A DNA stretch of 64,000 nucleotides. It comes from Octopus sinensis. Lineage: Eukaryota. Of this stretch, positions 40,428 through 54,456 are shown piece after piece. The position numbers and the translations under genes are program-made. The notes under the pieces are model-generated. The model was not told where the DNA came from. It did not search any database and saw nothing but the letters and a program-made list of their open reading frames with translations. How positions within the stretch are numbered: position 1 is the first letter of the stretch; every line of letters starts with the position of its first letter. Where the stretch lies: assembly GCF_006345805.1 (NCBI RefSeq), contig NC_043001.1, forward strand, positions 124,496,001-124,560,000, given 5' to 3'.

Positions 40428-40965
40428 TTCACTGAACGTGTAATGCTCTTCTTTAAAACTCCTACAAAAACATCTAGAAATGTATAGATTTTGTAGTCAA
40501 ATTTTTTTTTCCTGCGTTTCCTTGATTGTTTCTGCCAGAGCTGAAATTATAGTATATATATTTAAGTCAGTAAACAACGAAAACTCAATGCATTGCTGTC
40601 GTTTTGTTGCTCTAGAGTATTTCATCTTTGCAGACTTGATAGCACACACGCATGCGAGCACACACACACACATAAACACACACACACACACACAACACAC
40701 ACACACACATATATATATATTCACTGAACGTGTAATGCTCTTCTTTAAAACTCCTACAAAAACATCTAGAAATGTATAGATTTTGTAGTCAAATTTTTTT
40801 TTCCTGCGTTTCCTTGATTGTTTCTGCCAGAGCTGAAATTATAGTATATATATTTAAGTCAGTAAACAACGAAAACTCAATGCATTGCTGTCGTTTTGTT
40901 GCTCTAGAGTATTTCATCTTTGCAGACTTGATAGCACACACGCATGCGAGCACACACACACACAT

Positions 40966-41000
<35 letters not shown>
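40428..41000. repeat. Essentially exact 292-bp tandem duplication
   Basis: Identical ORF starts at 40480 and 40772; bounded by CA repeats. Confidence 0.9.
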
Positions 41001-41007
<7 letters not shown>

Positions 41008-41089
41008 TCGTATTCACACACACAGACAGATACGCACGCACACCCACAAGCTCACTCACATAATTAGAAGTATGTTCTGTGTATGATAG

Positions 41090-41091
41090 AC

Positions 41092-41149
<58 letters not shown>

Positions 41150-41203
41150 GTAGATAGATAGATAGATAGATAGACATACTGACAGGCAGACAGACGGACA
41201 GAC

Positions 41204-41281
<78 letters not shown>

Positions 41282-41303
41282 ATAGACAGACAGACAGACA
41301 GAC

Positions 41304-41382
<79 letters not shown>

Positions 41383-41385
41383 CAG
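41090..41385. repeat. (GATA)n/(GACA)n array
   Basis: Directly visible; similar array at 51648-51955. Confidence 0.95.
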
Positions 41386-41736
41386 ACATAATTTTGAGTC
41401 TATCGATGGCTATGATCTACCGTTACGATTATTAACTTTGTGTCTATTCTAGACAAAATAAATCCTTATTATTGCAGCTGAGATATCGCCACTGACTGGA
41501 AGCATTAGACTAATCAGTAACAGATGTGAATATATATTGCAAAGCTTAGCAAACTGTTAATTAATTTAGTTTTTGTTTTAGTTTTATCTTTTCTTTTTCA
41601 TATACGAACATTTGTTTGAAATATTCAAGTAATCATAATATTTCGTTTATTTTATTACTTATGTTTTATTTTTTGGTTCTTTTTTTAGCATATCTTTTTT
41701 TTAAGTTTGGTAAATTATTCGAGTTTTATATAAATG

Positions 41737-42233
41737 CTAGCAGTATCGCCCGGCGTTGCTCGGGTTTTTAAGGGAAATAACTATATAATCATTTTTAGAG
41801 AGTTATAGCCAAAAAATAGCAAAGAGATGCATTAAAAATGGAAAAGAAATGATGGTAAATTTTTTTTTAAATCGTTGACTCATCGTAGATATTTTTAGAG
41901 AGTTACTTCCCTTATATAATAGCGAAAAAATGCATTAAAATGGAAAAAAATGATGGTAATTTTTTTTAAATCGTTGACTCATCGTAGACATTTTTAGAGA
42001 GTTACTTCCCTTATATAATAGCGAAAAAATGCATTAAAATGGAAAAAAATGATGGTAATTTTTTTTTAAAATCGCAGACTCATCGTAGACGCGCGCTGAT
42101 ACCCAGAAGGGCTCGATATGAATCACGACTATAAGATACCCGCTTTTGGTTAAACTGCACCGCAAAATGTGGGAGTAGTTAGGAATCTAAATCGTAGGAG
42201 ACAGACACACAACTTGACTTTTATATATAAAGA
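41737..42233 (-). mobile_element. Non-autonomous Helitron
   Basis: 5' TC(tttatatataaaag); 3' cccgagcaacgccgggcgatactgCTAG; internal ~82-bp tandem duplication. Confidence 0.85.
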
Positions 42234-43175
42234 TATTAGGTATTGCTTCATGTTTCAACATGAAGAACATATTTTAGTAATAACCGCTCACCAACTGTTG
42301 ACTATAAAGATTACAGAAGTATACGGAAAGACGACTGTTAATTGCCTCACTAGAATTCAACTCTGCTGTCAAATATCTGTATTATTTTCTCTTAAGGCAT
42401 GTGAGGACTTTTCCTCAGCTATCGTATCACATACATTCATCCGCTCTTTCATTCATTTCTCAGGATTCAACGAATATTAAGCTAAAATTTTGTGAATGTC
42501 TGATGGACTTGGCTGATTCTCAATAACTGCAGGTCTATTGATTCGACATAATTCAACGCAGATTTTTCTGATAGTCATCTTGATCTGAAATGTGTTCTTT
42601 ATAGTAGAAATTTTGCCGCAATATATATATTTTTTCAAAAATGTGAAACCACTAATGTAACCTACATGAATACAGTACTGTTAAATATACAGCAAACGTG
42701 CTCTCGGCAGTAGGAAATTATCTGCCTTTCTATTATAACTTAATATCAAACTGATTGAAAGAACAATTGAGAATTAACTACCTTTGGCACGTAAGCAGCA
42801 GGCTAATTGACTTACAATTCGATTATTCATACTTTCTCATTGGTATAGATCCGGAGAAGAAATTAAGAATATAGCTTTAGCTTGCAGCAAACCTGAAAAT
42901 TGCTATTACGCTTTTGACTAAGAATCTTCGAAATATCTGCAGGCTTGTATAATACCTATGTTTGTACTTAGATGTTGAGTAAGAAGTAGGAAGATTCCAT
43001 TGCCATTTATATCAGAATTTCATGAAACACACACACATACACACGCACATACACAAACAAACACACACACACACACAAGGTTACATGTACATGTATGTGT
43101 GTTGTTAACACATATGACTGACATACTTGTATAGAATATCAGGAAACACCACGAGGTATGATATATGAAGTTCGA

Positions 43176-43223
<48 letters not shown>

Positions 43224-43446
43224 GTGTCTGAAAATACGTATGAATGTATGACTGTATGAATGATGTATATTTTTCCTTTCAGTCAAGAAATATTTAATCT
43301 AATACTGATGACTTAAGCTGAACAGGATGAGAAATGATCATATCACTAAATTTTATCTATATTCATTTCAGACCAAAAGAAACGGAAAGGTTTTATTATT
43401 TGCAGACAAACCTAAATATGATAAAAATAGTTGCTTCTAAGTATGA

Positions 43447-43532
<86 letters not shown>

Positions 43533-43533
43533 C

Positions 43534-43564
<31 letters not shown>

Positions 43565-43579
43565 TAATAATAATGATAG

Positions 43580-43836
43580 TAATAATAATAATATCGACCC
43601 ATCATGTTCGTTTGATTCCAGGATCGTAAAGGATGAAGAAGAAAAACAAAAACAATACAATCCCTTAAAGTTTCAAATAAGAAGAATTTGGAGAATGCAT
43701 TTATAAAGTTTATGCATATAATAATTGGTGCGTTAGGAAGAGTAAACCAAGATATAGGCAAATTGCTGAAGGAGATTGAAATAGAATGCCCGGTAGAGCT
43801 CCTACAGAAAGTTTGTCTTTTAGCTCCATACGTCAG
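43580..43836 (+). mobile_element. R4/Dong-like LINE fragment after (TAA)n
   Basis: IIIGALGRVNQDIGKLLKEIEIECPVELLQKVCLL resembles an RLE C-terminus. Confidence 0.65.
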
Positions 43837-44070
43837 CAGTGCCCAGACACTGATCAAGTGCATGCAGAACAGTTTTATCACCCTACGCGCATCTCGGCCA
43901 GATCCGCCTGCCTGCACTTCCATGCCTGTAGAACTTATCTCGAACTGGAAGAGATACCCGGTTACACTGCCAGGCCAGGGATTTCTTTAAATTATCCATA
44001 GGCTCCTCTGTTAGTCTTATCATCTAGATTTCCGACATGTCTGACACTATTACGGTGACGTCGTCCGCAT
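43837..44070 (-). mobile_element. Tx1/L1-like ORF2 fragment
   Basis: Nucleotide similarity to 24860-25070 (catgcagaac..gcatctcggcc..cctgtagaacttatctcga..gccagggattt). Confidence 0.75.
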
Positions 44071-44124
44071 AAGCCGGTCAATTTGGATCAATCAAAGAAA
44101 TGTAATTCCCACAACGCACTCAGA

Positions 44125-44223
44125 GAAGAAGAAGAAGAAGAAGAAGAAGAAGAAGAAGAAGAAGAAGAAGAAGAAGAAGAAGAAGAAGAAGAAGAAGAAG
44201 AAGAAGAAGAAGAAGAAGAAGAA
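44125..44223. repeat. (GAA)33 microsatellite
   Basis: 99 nt perfect run. Confidence 0.97.
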
Positions 44224-44460
44224 AACGAAAACTTCCGCCAAGCCAATACTAACGTCTTCTCAACGATTAGCCAGAGGTGACTGTTAAAATGAGAATATCT
44301 GAAATAAACTCGACGGCTCTCACAAACGAGAATATTAAAAATGAACGCATCAGCTCTCAAAAATTAAGCTTAACAAAACGGAAAAATAATTCAGAATCCT
44401 TGTCCAATACCTGATCAATCCCAATGGTAGTCATAGAATGTGAAGGTGGCTGTAGAAAAT
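44224..44460 (+). mobile_element. Helentron/HINE-like element, 5' part
   Basis: Homologous to 45608-45840 (aaaatgagaatatctgaaataaactcgac...atcccaatggtagtcat). Confidence 0.55.
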
Positions 44461-44765
44461 ATAGAGACAGTAATGAATAGTTTATTGTTATCTAATACAA
44501 GCCAAAGTTGACAAATTCACCAGTCAAAATAGTTTCAAAGGCGGAGGTAACAAGTTCTACTCAGGAATTCTTAAAAGAATAGCATGAGACGTTTTTGGTT
44601 TTCTCTTTTCTTAGTATTCCTTTAGTATTCCTGTTGTTTAAGATCGATGTATAGATGTATGTATATATGTAAGTATAATATAAAGTGTTAATATATATGT
44701 ATAATATAATATAATATAATATAATATAATATATATAATATATATATATATATATATAATATATA

Positions 44766-45147
44766 TCTCTATATAAACGGCAGTTTGTCTGTGCGTGTTT
44801 CTGTGTGTCTGTTTTCTCGTACCCTCACCCTGACCACGGCTTTCAACCGATTCTGATGAAACTTGACACACACATAGCCCAATGTCATAATTCGAAACTA
44901 ACGCAGCGAAAATTTTGAAAAGTTCCCCCAGTTCTGAAAAAAATCGATAAATTCGACATGGGGTCGAGAATCAAAAAAAACAAACCACAGACTGTCTAGG
45001 GGACGCAACTCAACCTTTTTTTACTCTCAAAAAAAAATTTACGATCATTTTTTTTCCATTTGTTTGCTATTTTTTGGCTATAACTCTCTAAAAAGGCTTT
45101 ATAGTTATTTCCCTTACAAACCTGAGCAACGCCGGGCGATACTGCTA

Positions 45148-45148
<1 letters not shown>
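44766..45148 (+). mobile_element. Non-autonomous Helitron
   Basis: 5' TC; 3' cctgagcaacgccgggcgatactgCTAG|T; within TA repeats. Confidence 0.85.
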
Positions 45149-45189
<41 letters not shown>

Positions 45190-45192
<3 letters not shown>

Positions 45193-45603
45193 GTAAAAAT
45201 ATGTCAATGCTATTTAATTTCTGAACGGTGTTGCTGCCGTTTGTTTATGTAGTTTGATTTATTTATCCACCAGTTTTTACTAAGATAGAGACGCGATTAA
45301 AATTAATAATAGAGAAACGAAAATAAAACTCTAGAAACAGCCTAAAGGGAGATAATTGAGAAAGACTTAAAAGTCAACGTAAGATCGTAATCATGTAAAG
45401 TAAAGTAAATATAACAAATAATCCAGAATCCTTGTTCGGTACCGGATAGATTCCACAGTCTAATCAGTTTGTGTCAGTCACAAGGTCAAATATACCTGAA
45501 AGTTTCATCCGAATCCATCCAGCGGTTCTTGAGATGTCTTGTCCACGGACAAACAAACAAACACGACTGAAAACAATACCGCCGCCTTCGCTAAGGCGGA
45601 GGT
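45190..45603 (+). mobile_element. Helentron/HINE-like element, 3' part with terminal hairpin
   Basis: Ends ccgccttcgctaaggcggaggt; homologous copy at 46190-46646. Confidence 0.6.
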
Positions 45604-45607
45604 AATA

Positions 45608-45840
45608 AGAAGAAGAGTACTCAGAGAGCGAAAACCTCCACCAACGTCCTCTCGACGATTAGCCGATGATTTTTAAAATGAGAATATCTGAAATAAACTC
45701 GACTGCTCTCACAAACGAGAATACTAAAAATGAACCCGACCGTTCCCAAAAATTAAGTAAAAAACCGGAAAAATAATCCAGAAACCTTGTCCGGTACCAG
45801 ATCGATCCCAATGGTAGTCATGGAATGTGAAGGTGGGTGT
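45608..45840 (+). mobile_element. Helentron/HINE-like element, 5' part
   Basis: Starts agaagagtactcagagagcgaaaacctcc; sub-terminal motif related to the 3' hairpin of neighbouring copies. Confidence 0.55.
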
Positions 45841-45849
45841 GAGGGCTGT

Positions 45850-46045
45850 ATTTGTAATGCTATGTGCATGTCGTCTGCAAGGGAAACAGTGATAATTTTC
45901 TCTATGAAGGCCTTTTTTAGTCTATTCACTGATATAGTGTCTTTATGACCATTAAGGTCTAAAGGGAAAAATTTATCCAAAAGAAAACAGAAAGGGCCTG
46001 CATACGGTGCTATTAACGTAGGTTTAACAACATTGTTGCACACAA
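45850..46045 (-). mobile_element. Gypsy-like pol fragment (integrase C-terminus)
   Basis: VVKPTLIAPYAGPF..DKFFPLDLNGHKDTISVNRLKKAF matches the PY.GP...D.+S+.RLK pattern. Confidence 0.75.
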
Positions 46046-46189
46046 AAACGTGAGTCCAAGAAGTAAAGCTTCCTTCAAGTCATAGCTAGAAATGCAATAG
46101 TCAAGTATGTAAGAATTTTTTTTGAACTGGAGCGATATATTCAAAATTGGTAAAACTAAAAGTTGTCGAGGATAAATGATATTTATTAT

Positions 46190-46643
46190 TGTTAGTGAAT
46201 ATGTTAGTGTTATTTAATTTCTGAACGGTTTTGCTGCCGTTTGTTTATGTAGTTTGATTTCTTTATCCATCAGTTTCTACTAAGACAGAGACGCAAGTAA
46301 AATTAATAATAGAGAATCGAAAATAAAACTCTGGAAACAGCAACTCTGCCATAACTTACGTGGAAATCATAAGCGTGCTTTCAAAGGATATAATCAGAAA
46401 AAAGACTTGAAAGTCAATGCAAGATCGTAATCATGTAAAGTAAATATAACAAATAATCCGGAATCCTCGTCCAGTATTGGATCGATCCCAAAATTTAATG
46501 AGTACGTGCCAGTCACGAGGTCAAACATCCCTGAAAATTTCATCCAAATCCTTCCTGCGGTTCTTGAGATATCATGTCCAAGGACAAACAAACGAACAGA
46601 CACGCATGACTGAAAACAGTAACTCCGCCTTCACTAAGGCAGA

Positions 46644-46646
<3 letters not shown>
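46190..46646 (+). mobile_element. Helentron/HINE-like element, 3' part
   Basis: Homologous to 45190-45603; ends ctccgccttcactaaggcagaggt. Confidence 0.6.
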
Positions 46647-46704
<58 letters not shown>

Positions 46705-46721
46705 TAATAATAATAATATTG

Positions 46722-46939
46722 TTTCCTTATTACCCACAAGGGGCTAAACATAGAGGAGACAAACAAGGACAGACAAACGGATTAAGTCGATTACATCGAC
46801 CCCAGTGCGAAACTGGTACTTAATTTATCGACCCCGAAAGGATGAAAGGCAAAGTCGACCTCGGCGGAATTTGAACTCAGAACGTAACGACAGATGAAAT
46901 ACCGCTAAGCATTTCACCCGGCGCGTTAACGTGTCTGCC

Positions 46940-46940
<1 letters not shown>
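46722..46940 (-). mobile_element. SINE family A with long tail inside (TAA)n
   Basis: Full body plus tail gtttagccccttgtgggtaataaggaaac. Confidence 0.9.
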
Positions 46941-47001
<61 letters not shown>

Positions 47002-47029
47002 TAATAATAATATTAATAATAAATACCCT

Positions 47030-47285
47030 GGTGCAGTACCAGGCACTGGATCTCATGGCTTCTGATCTTAACTGATTGGAAGTGTTATCATGTACATTGT
47101 CTTACATGGTATAAAAGGTGCGCTACGCAAATATTCTGTTCAATACCACAGACATGCTTCTCAGTTTGATCCTAGCCAGTCAAGCATGTCTCTTGGTGGC
47201 TGACAATATGTGCATCTCTGATGACTAATAGTAGTGGGAGAGCATCATACCCATGTTTTGAGAGGAATTCTTTCAGGTTTGAAGT
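47030..47285 (-). mobile_element. Degenerate LINE 3' fragment (possibly RLE-type)
   Basis: Follows (TAA)n; recognised as a recurrent repeat only by recollection. Confidence 0.35.
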
Positions 47286-47699
47286 GAGCTGTACGTCAAC
47301 AGAAATTATTTCACCAATTTTTGAAAACACGTGAAAACTGAGAAAACATCATCTCCTCCGCTATTAACATTTTATTGAAATAGCTAACAAAAATAATTAG
47401 AGCGCAAATTTAAATTAAACTGTTAACTGTTAAATTTATATTTATCAAAAATAAATTAAATATAATGTGTTTAAGGATGCTAATATAAGCGTAGTACAGA
47501 CACTCACCAGGTGGTGCTTAGATAAATCTGAAACTCCAGCTGCTTAGTCAGTGTTAAGTAGGACTAAAGTAGGAAATCAGCTATAATAACGATCTTCATC
47601 GAATCAGAATGGAAGTAGAACAGATAGATAAACAAAATTTGATGTAAGGAATGAATTCAAATGGAAAATTGCATGTTATGACTGAATTAATTAACCCTT

Positions 47700-48240
47700 C
47701 CTTTCCGCTCTGTCCTTCACTAAAATACATTCAATTTAATACTTCCTCCTTAACAACAGCATTCCTTGAATCGCTGAATTAGATTAAGGCATTTCTCGTA
47801 TTTAGAATCCATCCATCGATGTTTGCCCTTCTCCCTCTCTTATCAACACTTCCTTACATCTGCTCCCCACTCCATTATACTGACCTTTGTTTTCAACGCG
47901 ACTGACACACACTGCGATGTTCTTCGTACCACATAAACATCTTGTCTATAATTTCTATCTTTATTTTCGTCTTTTCCTATCTCCTCTGGGGGCCGACTGT
48001 GATTTATTATGTACTATGCTTCTTCTTGCGATCCTATATCGGCTGCTCACTACCATTTTCTTTCTAATGCTAATTCTTTTTTCGCTAAATACCACCTCAC
48101 TTTGATATAGTTTCCTCGCCTATTTCCCTATCTTTTAGTTTGATAGCCAATTTTAACGTTTACGTTTTCATTGGTAGCCTTTACTGGCCTCTTTTGACTA
48201 TCAACCTCACCTCGGCAACCCCACCCTTCTCACTTTATTG
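47700..48240 (-). mobile_element. Highly degenerate RTE-like LINE fragment
   Basis: Purine-rich minus strand with remnants of the RTE endonuclease-RT linker. Confidence 0.45.
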
Positions 48241-48644
48241 TATATTTCCCTTTATATGTCTCTCTTTATTCCAGCCCTAAACTTCTTATCGCTCTTTTCC
48301 TATTGAATTCATATATATTTATAAACACTTTTCTCTGCAAAGCTATTTGTTAAAGTCTACTGATGAGAATAACATGATTTAGTATTACGGATCTTTCAAA
48401 ATCAGTGCTACTTCATACACCTACAATATTACTAGACCTCATCGCACATTTATTATTATTCGGTATGAGCTTTTTGTTATCTATACTTTAGGAATGATAC
48501 ACCAGTCCACTTTTGCAAGAACTTTAAGTCTACACCACTGATATAACTGAAGTGTGTTTCATAGAGTAACATATCAGCCCAGTCCTTGATTCTTCATCCT
48601 CTTACTTATCTGATATATATATATATATATATAATATATATATA

Positions 48645-48687
<43 letters not shown>

Positions 48688-51651
48688 AGTGAAGGCGCAT
48701 GTATGTGTATATCTGTGAGTGTGCGTACGTATGTGTTTGTATGTACGAAAGACAGCTAGTAAGATATACTCAACACATACTCTTCGCCTGCAAGAAATAC
48801 AAGTCAAATCTTCACCATACATCACCTTGCTAACTTAAGAATGAAATCTTAATTACAATATGCCTAAAAGTTTGAACTGTAGGACATAGCTGAATCACCA
48901 CCATCTTTTGATGTTCTGCTCGATACTTTTCACTATGAGCTCAACTACAAGAATGATAACAACATTGTTGATAGAAGTAACTAAAGAATGTGCATGAGCA
49001 TAAACGAGATTAATTGAGGGATGCGGCTCGGTAGCAATAAGTGGCTCGAATGGGGCAGAATTCCTATTGTATTCTATCCTGCTTTCAAGATTGTTTTGAT
49101 TATTCGCCGGATATAAGCGAATTATTAAACGTAGGCAATATATGTGCTATAACAGGCATTGTTTAGATAGTGCTACAGATAATAACTTAAGGGATTTATA
49201 TTTATCAGTTTCCCATGGCACTTGTCTCTCCTCATAGAGTGATTCCTCTCGATTTCACCATGTACCATATATTTGCTGCTGATCCTTGTTTCAGGGATTA
49301 ATTTTACATGCCACACTAGACTCACAGGTTGGCGAGGGAACTATTTGTTTTGGCAACTAGGCAGAATTTTATTCAGAAAGCAGGGAGCCTGAGCAAATAC
49401 TGTGAGACATCTGCTCCGACGTTCTTGCACTTCCGCTAATCCAAAGACCAGGATTGGTACTTTGTAATCGACTACAAAAGAATGAAACGAAAAGTTGACC
49501 TCAATGGAATATGAAGTTAGAGTGCAGAGAATCAGAACAAATACCATGTGTCATTCGAATGAGATTCTAACAGCTCAGTCAATTCACTGCCTATTGAGTA
49601 AATCCCTTTTATAGCTGGCAAATGATTATAGTGTATGAGATCGTAAAGTATGAGAAGAGTAGAATAAAGGGTTTCAGGGCAGCTGGTTGCTAAGAAAGCA
49701 CATGAAATATAACGCTTTATGTATATTGGTTCCTCCGTCATTTCTATGATGAGTATCCAGCTACTAGACAAATCGGTCAGCTGGACTATTACATCTACTC
49801 GTCAAATTAAGGTGTAAACGGCTGAACATTTCACAAACAAGTGAAGCTTTAAGGTAATTATCAGCCTAAATAGGCATTACACAAAATATGTTAAGGATGT
49901 ATTTCCACGTTTTATACTGGTGGAAAATATCAATTTGCTTTTCAAATGTATTTTTGATAAATTCGGTTTAGTTGCTTCATGAATGTTACGCAAGTCTTCA
50001 GATTGCATTCGACAGGATTATCATATAGTTTCCATCTACCCAATTGAATTCAAAAAGCTTGGCTCAAATCGAGGTTATAGTAAATTGCACCCGCTCTTGG
50101 CATGTAGTAGGCCCAACCCAGGATCTTGTGAGTGTGAATGCCTTCATCTACTGTTACAAATAAAATAAGGTAAAGCAATATGGAAATTGAAATTCTAGAA
50201 ATTTAATGGTAGTTACAGATTGTAAATTATTAATAAGGAAATATTTAGTGATTAGGTGAATTACGGTTGAAAATTATAAAAGGAAATAGCAACTAAGATA
50301 AAATGGTAGTGGCAAGAAATAGATACTGCAGAGAAGGCAGAGAGATCATGAAACAATACTGTATTATTAAAAGAGAAGCGTAATATGCTAGAATTTTTGT
50401 TAGGAAAGAAATGGAATTTCGTGATAGTGAAATCAGAACTGAAAACTAAAAACGAATGTTATGTAGAAGGAAAGCCAGTCGAACCTAAAATAGAGACCAC
50501 AAAAGAGCTCAGAGGAAATAAAGCCAAATAAAAGAAAAAAGGATAAAGAGTGGAGTCATAACAGTTTCGATAAAAGAAAAGCAACATATTGTTAAATTGT
50601 GATTTAGATTTCAAAAAAATTGTTCCGTGATTAACACGAAAAATATTTTTTTTAAATGGTGGAAGCGAATATGTGGAAGAATTTGCATGGAATAGAAATT
50701 ATATGAAGCTTCTGCAGGCTATAAAAGTGTACGAGAGAAATTATCCGTTATCTGATTGTTATTCTTTGCAAAGGAGAAAATTTGTTAATGTCTGTATTAC
50801 ATTTTACTCTTTCTCTCTCTCTCTCTCTCTCTCTTACTCACTCTTCCTATCTTTCTCTTTCTCCCTCACTCTCTCTTTATCTCTCTGTCTATCTGCCGCT
50901 ATCTCTCTCAATCTGTCATTATTTCATATGAAATAATTAAAAATTCTTAAAGACCATATTTTACTTTTAATAGTTTTAATATTTAAAATTATCTGCAAAA
51001 GGGAATTAGAAAACTGCCGGCAGTGATAATTCTAAAAGATATAACAATGCATGGATGGTTCATGTAGTAGTCCTAGATGTAGCAAGACTGATTAGCTCCA
51101 AGGATTTAGGTGCAGGTGATAGAAAACCATTTATTATATGAGGCACGCAGTAGAATAGACTGGAAAAAAATTATAAAACACAATACACAAGTGGCCAGGA
51201 GTTTTAAAATATGAATATTCGAAGAAATATGACTGGTGCTACAGAATACTGTATTGTGCTGAGGGGAACAATGTCAAGAAATATACTGCCGCCTGGATTT
51301 ATCCAAAAGCATAGAACTACCTTCTCCTAGGGGCTACTTTCTTATGTGTAGTCATATATGTATTTGAAACACTGTTATTCAGTATTGAAGTAAGATTACA
51401 CACTTTTGTTCGGTTAGAAATATTTTAAGGAGAGATATAGTCGACTGAAAACATTTTGGTTTGTTTCTGGCGTTGATTTTATCGGTTCTGAAGTTATAAA
51501 AGACAAAGCTAATCGGGAGAAATACAGACAATAAATTTGAATGCAGACAAATTGGACATAGCGTAAGTGAAGAAAACGAATATAGAAATACATACACACA
51601 CTTACGTCCATAAATATATACATATATGTATACACATACACGCACATAGAC

Positions 51652-51730
<79 letters not shown>

Positions 51731-51778
51731 CAGATAGATAGGTAGGTAGGTAGATAGATAGATAGATAGTTAGATAGT

Positions 51779-51817
<39 letters not shown>

Positions 51818-51826
51818 ATGGATAGG

Positions 51827-51955
<129 letters not shown>

Positions 51956-53509
51956 TATTGACTGTAATTCACCATACAGTATGAAAAATACGTAAATTTT
52001 AGAAAAACATTCCATTGTACATATTACAATACTATTTATCGAAGAAGACTAAATGAACAGTTACAAATTAAACACAAATCTTTTTCTCGATATTTCGTTT
52101 ATTTTCGTTTTGTCTACAGCACAGCAGCTAACCAATGAAGCATTTACTCAGTTTAGAAGTAAAACTTATTATTTCTATACACCAAACCAATTTAATACTT
52201 TCAATCAATGCTTTCATTGACTTTGGATTCTTTCTAGACGGATGTTCCGATAATATTCAGTCGGGTTCACATTTAGTCTTCTTTCTGTTTTCAACAGTTG
52301 ACTGGCTTTGTCTGGTGTACAGGAGCAATATGATGCTAAATGTAATCACATCCTTTCACTTTACATGAAATATGGCAGTTTTCTCAAGTATCTGCAGTCC
52401 ACGTTTTATACAGGTGGCAAATATCAACCTGCTTTTCAAATATTTCTTTTATTAATTAAGTATATTTGCTTAATGGAAATTACACAATCTTCCAGATTGC
52501 AGATGAGTTATTGTTCACGTGCTAGGTAGTTGCTTCAACACGGTGGTTAATACAGTCAGTATGACAATGGAACCTGAAGATAAAATTCTTTACTGCTTTC
52601 ATAATGGCTTCATTGATTCTTGCAGAAGTACACTAACGGTGTACAGGTCACTTTGAAAAGCAGAAGATGATCAGAACTTGATATAATTTAAGCTTTGTAA
52701 TAAAGGTTTTGTTAATCCCATCATGTGAGGTACCAATTTCGTGATAGTTGTAATCTTCATGTAAAATCACAAACATATATGTAACATCCAAAAAAATTTT
52801 ACATTAATTTAACGAAAAGCAAACTGAATTATAATAGACGAGAATATATTATGTCCGTATCAGATTTATGTAAATCGTGTACCTAAAGTACATGTTTCGT
52901 TTTGATGTAACATTATTCCTAAAAGTTATGTGGTAACGTTAAATTATATGCTCTTGTGTGAATGAATTATCGACAATGATGTGCTCACGCACACAAACAA
53001 ACACACACACATTTGCACCTATATACGACGGTCTTCCATACAGGTTCTCTCAACATGATTCTACTCACAAGAAATACTTACTGAATATCACTCATTTCAC
53101 CGGCCGCAGTTTCAGAGATTGGAAAATGAAATTATATAAATGGATGATAGGTTTATTGACTGAAATAAATATGTCGAGAATAGCTTTGATTAAAGTTCTA
53201 CCCCATTGGAGTTGACCCAGGGCCAAAGAGCAACAACAAGATTTACGAACATAATGTACGTTCACATGATTCATTTGACCATAACCCTCCGTTGAAATGT
53301 TTCATTTTGCTCTAGTGTAAGAAATCCTTAACGATATCGTCGTTCTTGTTAAGGCGCCGAGCTGGCAGACTCGTAACCGAGCCGGAAAAAATTATTAGCG
53401 GCGTTTCGTCCTTCTTAATTTCTGATTTCAAATTCCGCCGATAGCAACTTTGCTTTTTGTCCTTTCGGGGTTGATAAAATGTGTACAAGTTGAACACTTG
53501 AGTCAATGT

Positions 53510-53802
53510 AATCGACTTAGCTTTCCTCCGAAATTGCTGGCCTTGTGCAAAAATATGAAACTAGTATTGTCGTTCTTGTTGTTGCTATCGTGATCGTTTA
53601 AACCTAGGTCATCGTCTAGTGGAGTAGACTTATGATCAACGATATTCTAGCCGGTTAATATAATCGACTTACCCCTCATCCGAAATTGCTGGCCTTGTGC
53701 AAAAATATGAAACCAGTATCGTCGTTCTTGTTGCTATTGTGATCGTTTAAACCTAGGTCATCGTCTAGTGGAGTAGACCTATGATCAACGATAACCTAGC
53801 CG
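53510..53802. repeat. About 150-bp tandem duplication (SINE tail plus flank)
   Basis: aatcgactta...ccgaaattgctggccttgtgcaaaaatatgaaac...tgatcaacgata occurs twice. Confidence 0.85.
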
Positions 53803-54112
53803 TCATTCTATTAATATATTCGAGTTTTTGCACCTGTGATTTAAACAATTTCGTCTTCCATTCTTTAAGAACGCGTTTAGGTCTGATAGAAAACATTTAT
53901 CCCAGGTGTCGTTCCGTGCCACAAAATACGTGGTTCCAAAGCAAACTCTTTTTCCACACACCCATACATGTTGCGATTTTTCAGTCATTATCAGCGGTCA
54001 CATGACAGAAAGTAGAAAACACTGAAATCCCTTGTGAAGTTTACTTTTCTCTCCCCAACCCCATCGGTTGCTATAAACCATATATCTTAATGTATCGGTT
54101 TGCTTCATTTAA

Positions 54113-54456
54113 CTGTGAGACCCCCTTCGGTCACGACACAGACCATGGGATTGCACCTAGAACGTTACCCTCCCAGGCACAAGTCCGGGCCAGGTTGTTT
54201 ATGGAAGACCAGCAGTCGCCCATGCATACCGGCCTCCTCTCTCCACGCCACCAGTGTTATCCAAGGGAAAGGCAAAGGGGCCGATACAGCTTGACACCAG
54301 TGACGTCGCAACTCATTTCTACAGCTGAGTGAACTGGAGCAACGTGAAATAAAGTGTCTTGCTCAAGAACGCAACATGCAGCCCGGTCCGGGATTTTAGC
54401 TCACAACCTCACGATCGTAAGCTCGACGCACTAACCTCTGAGCCATGCGCCTTCAC
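54113..54456 (-). mobile_element. tRNA-derived SINE family D with CORE-like domain
   Basis: Head tgaaggcgcatggctcagaggttagtgcgtcg; cttgagcaagacacttt..cagctgtagaaatgagt. Confidence 0.85.
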
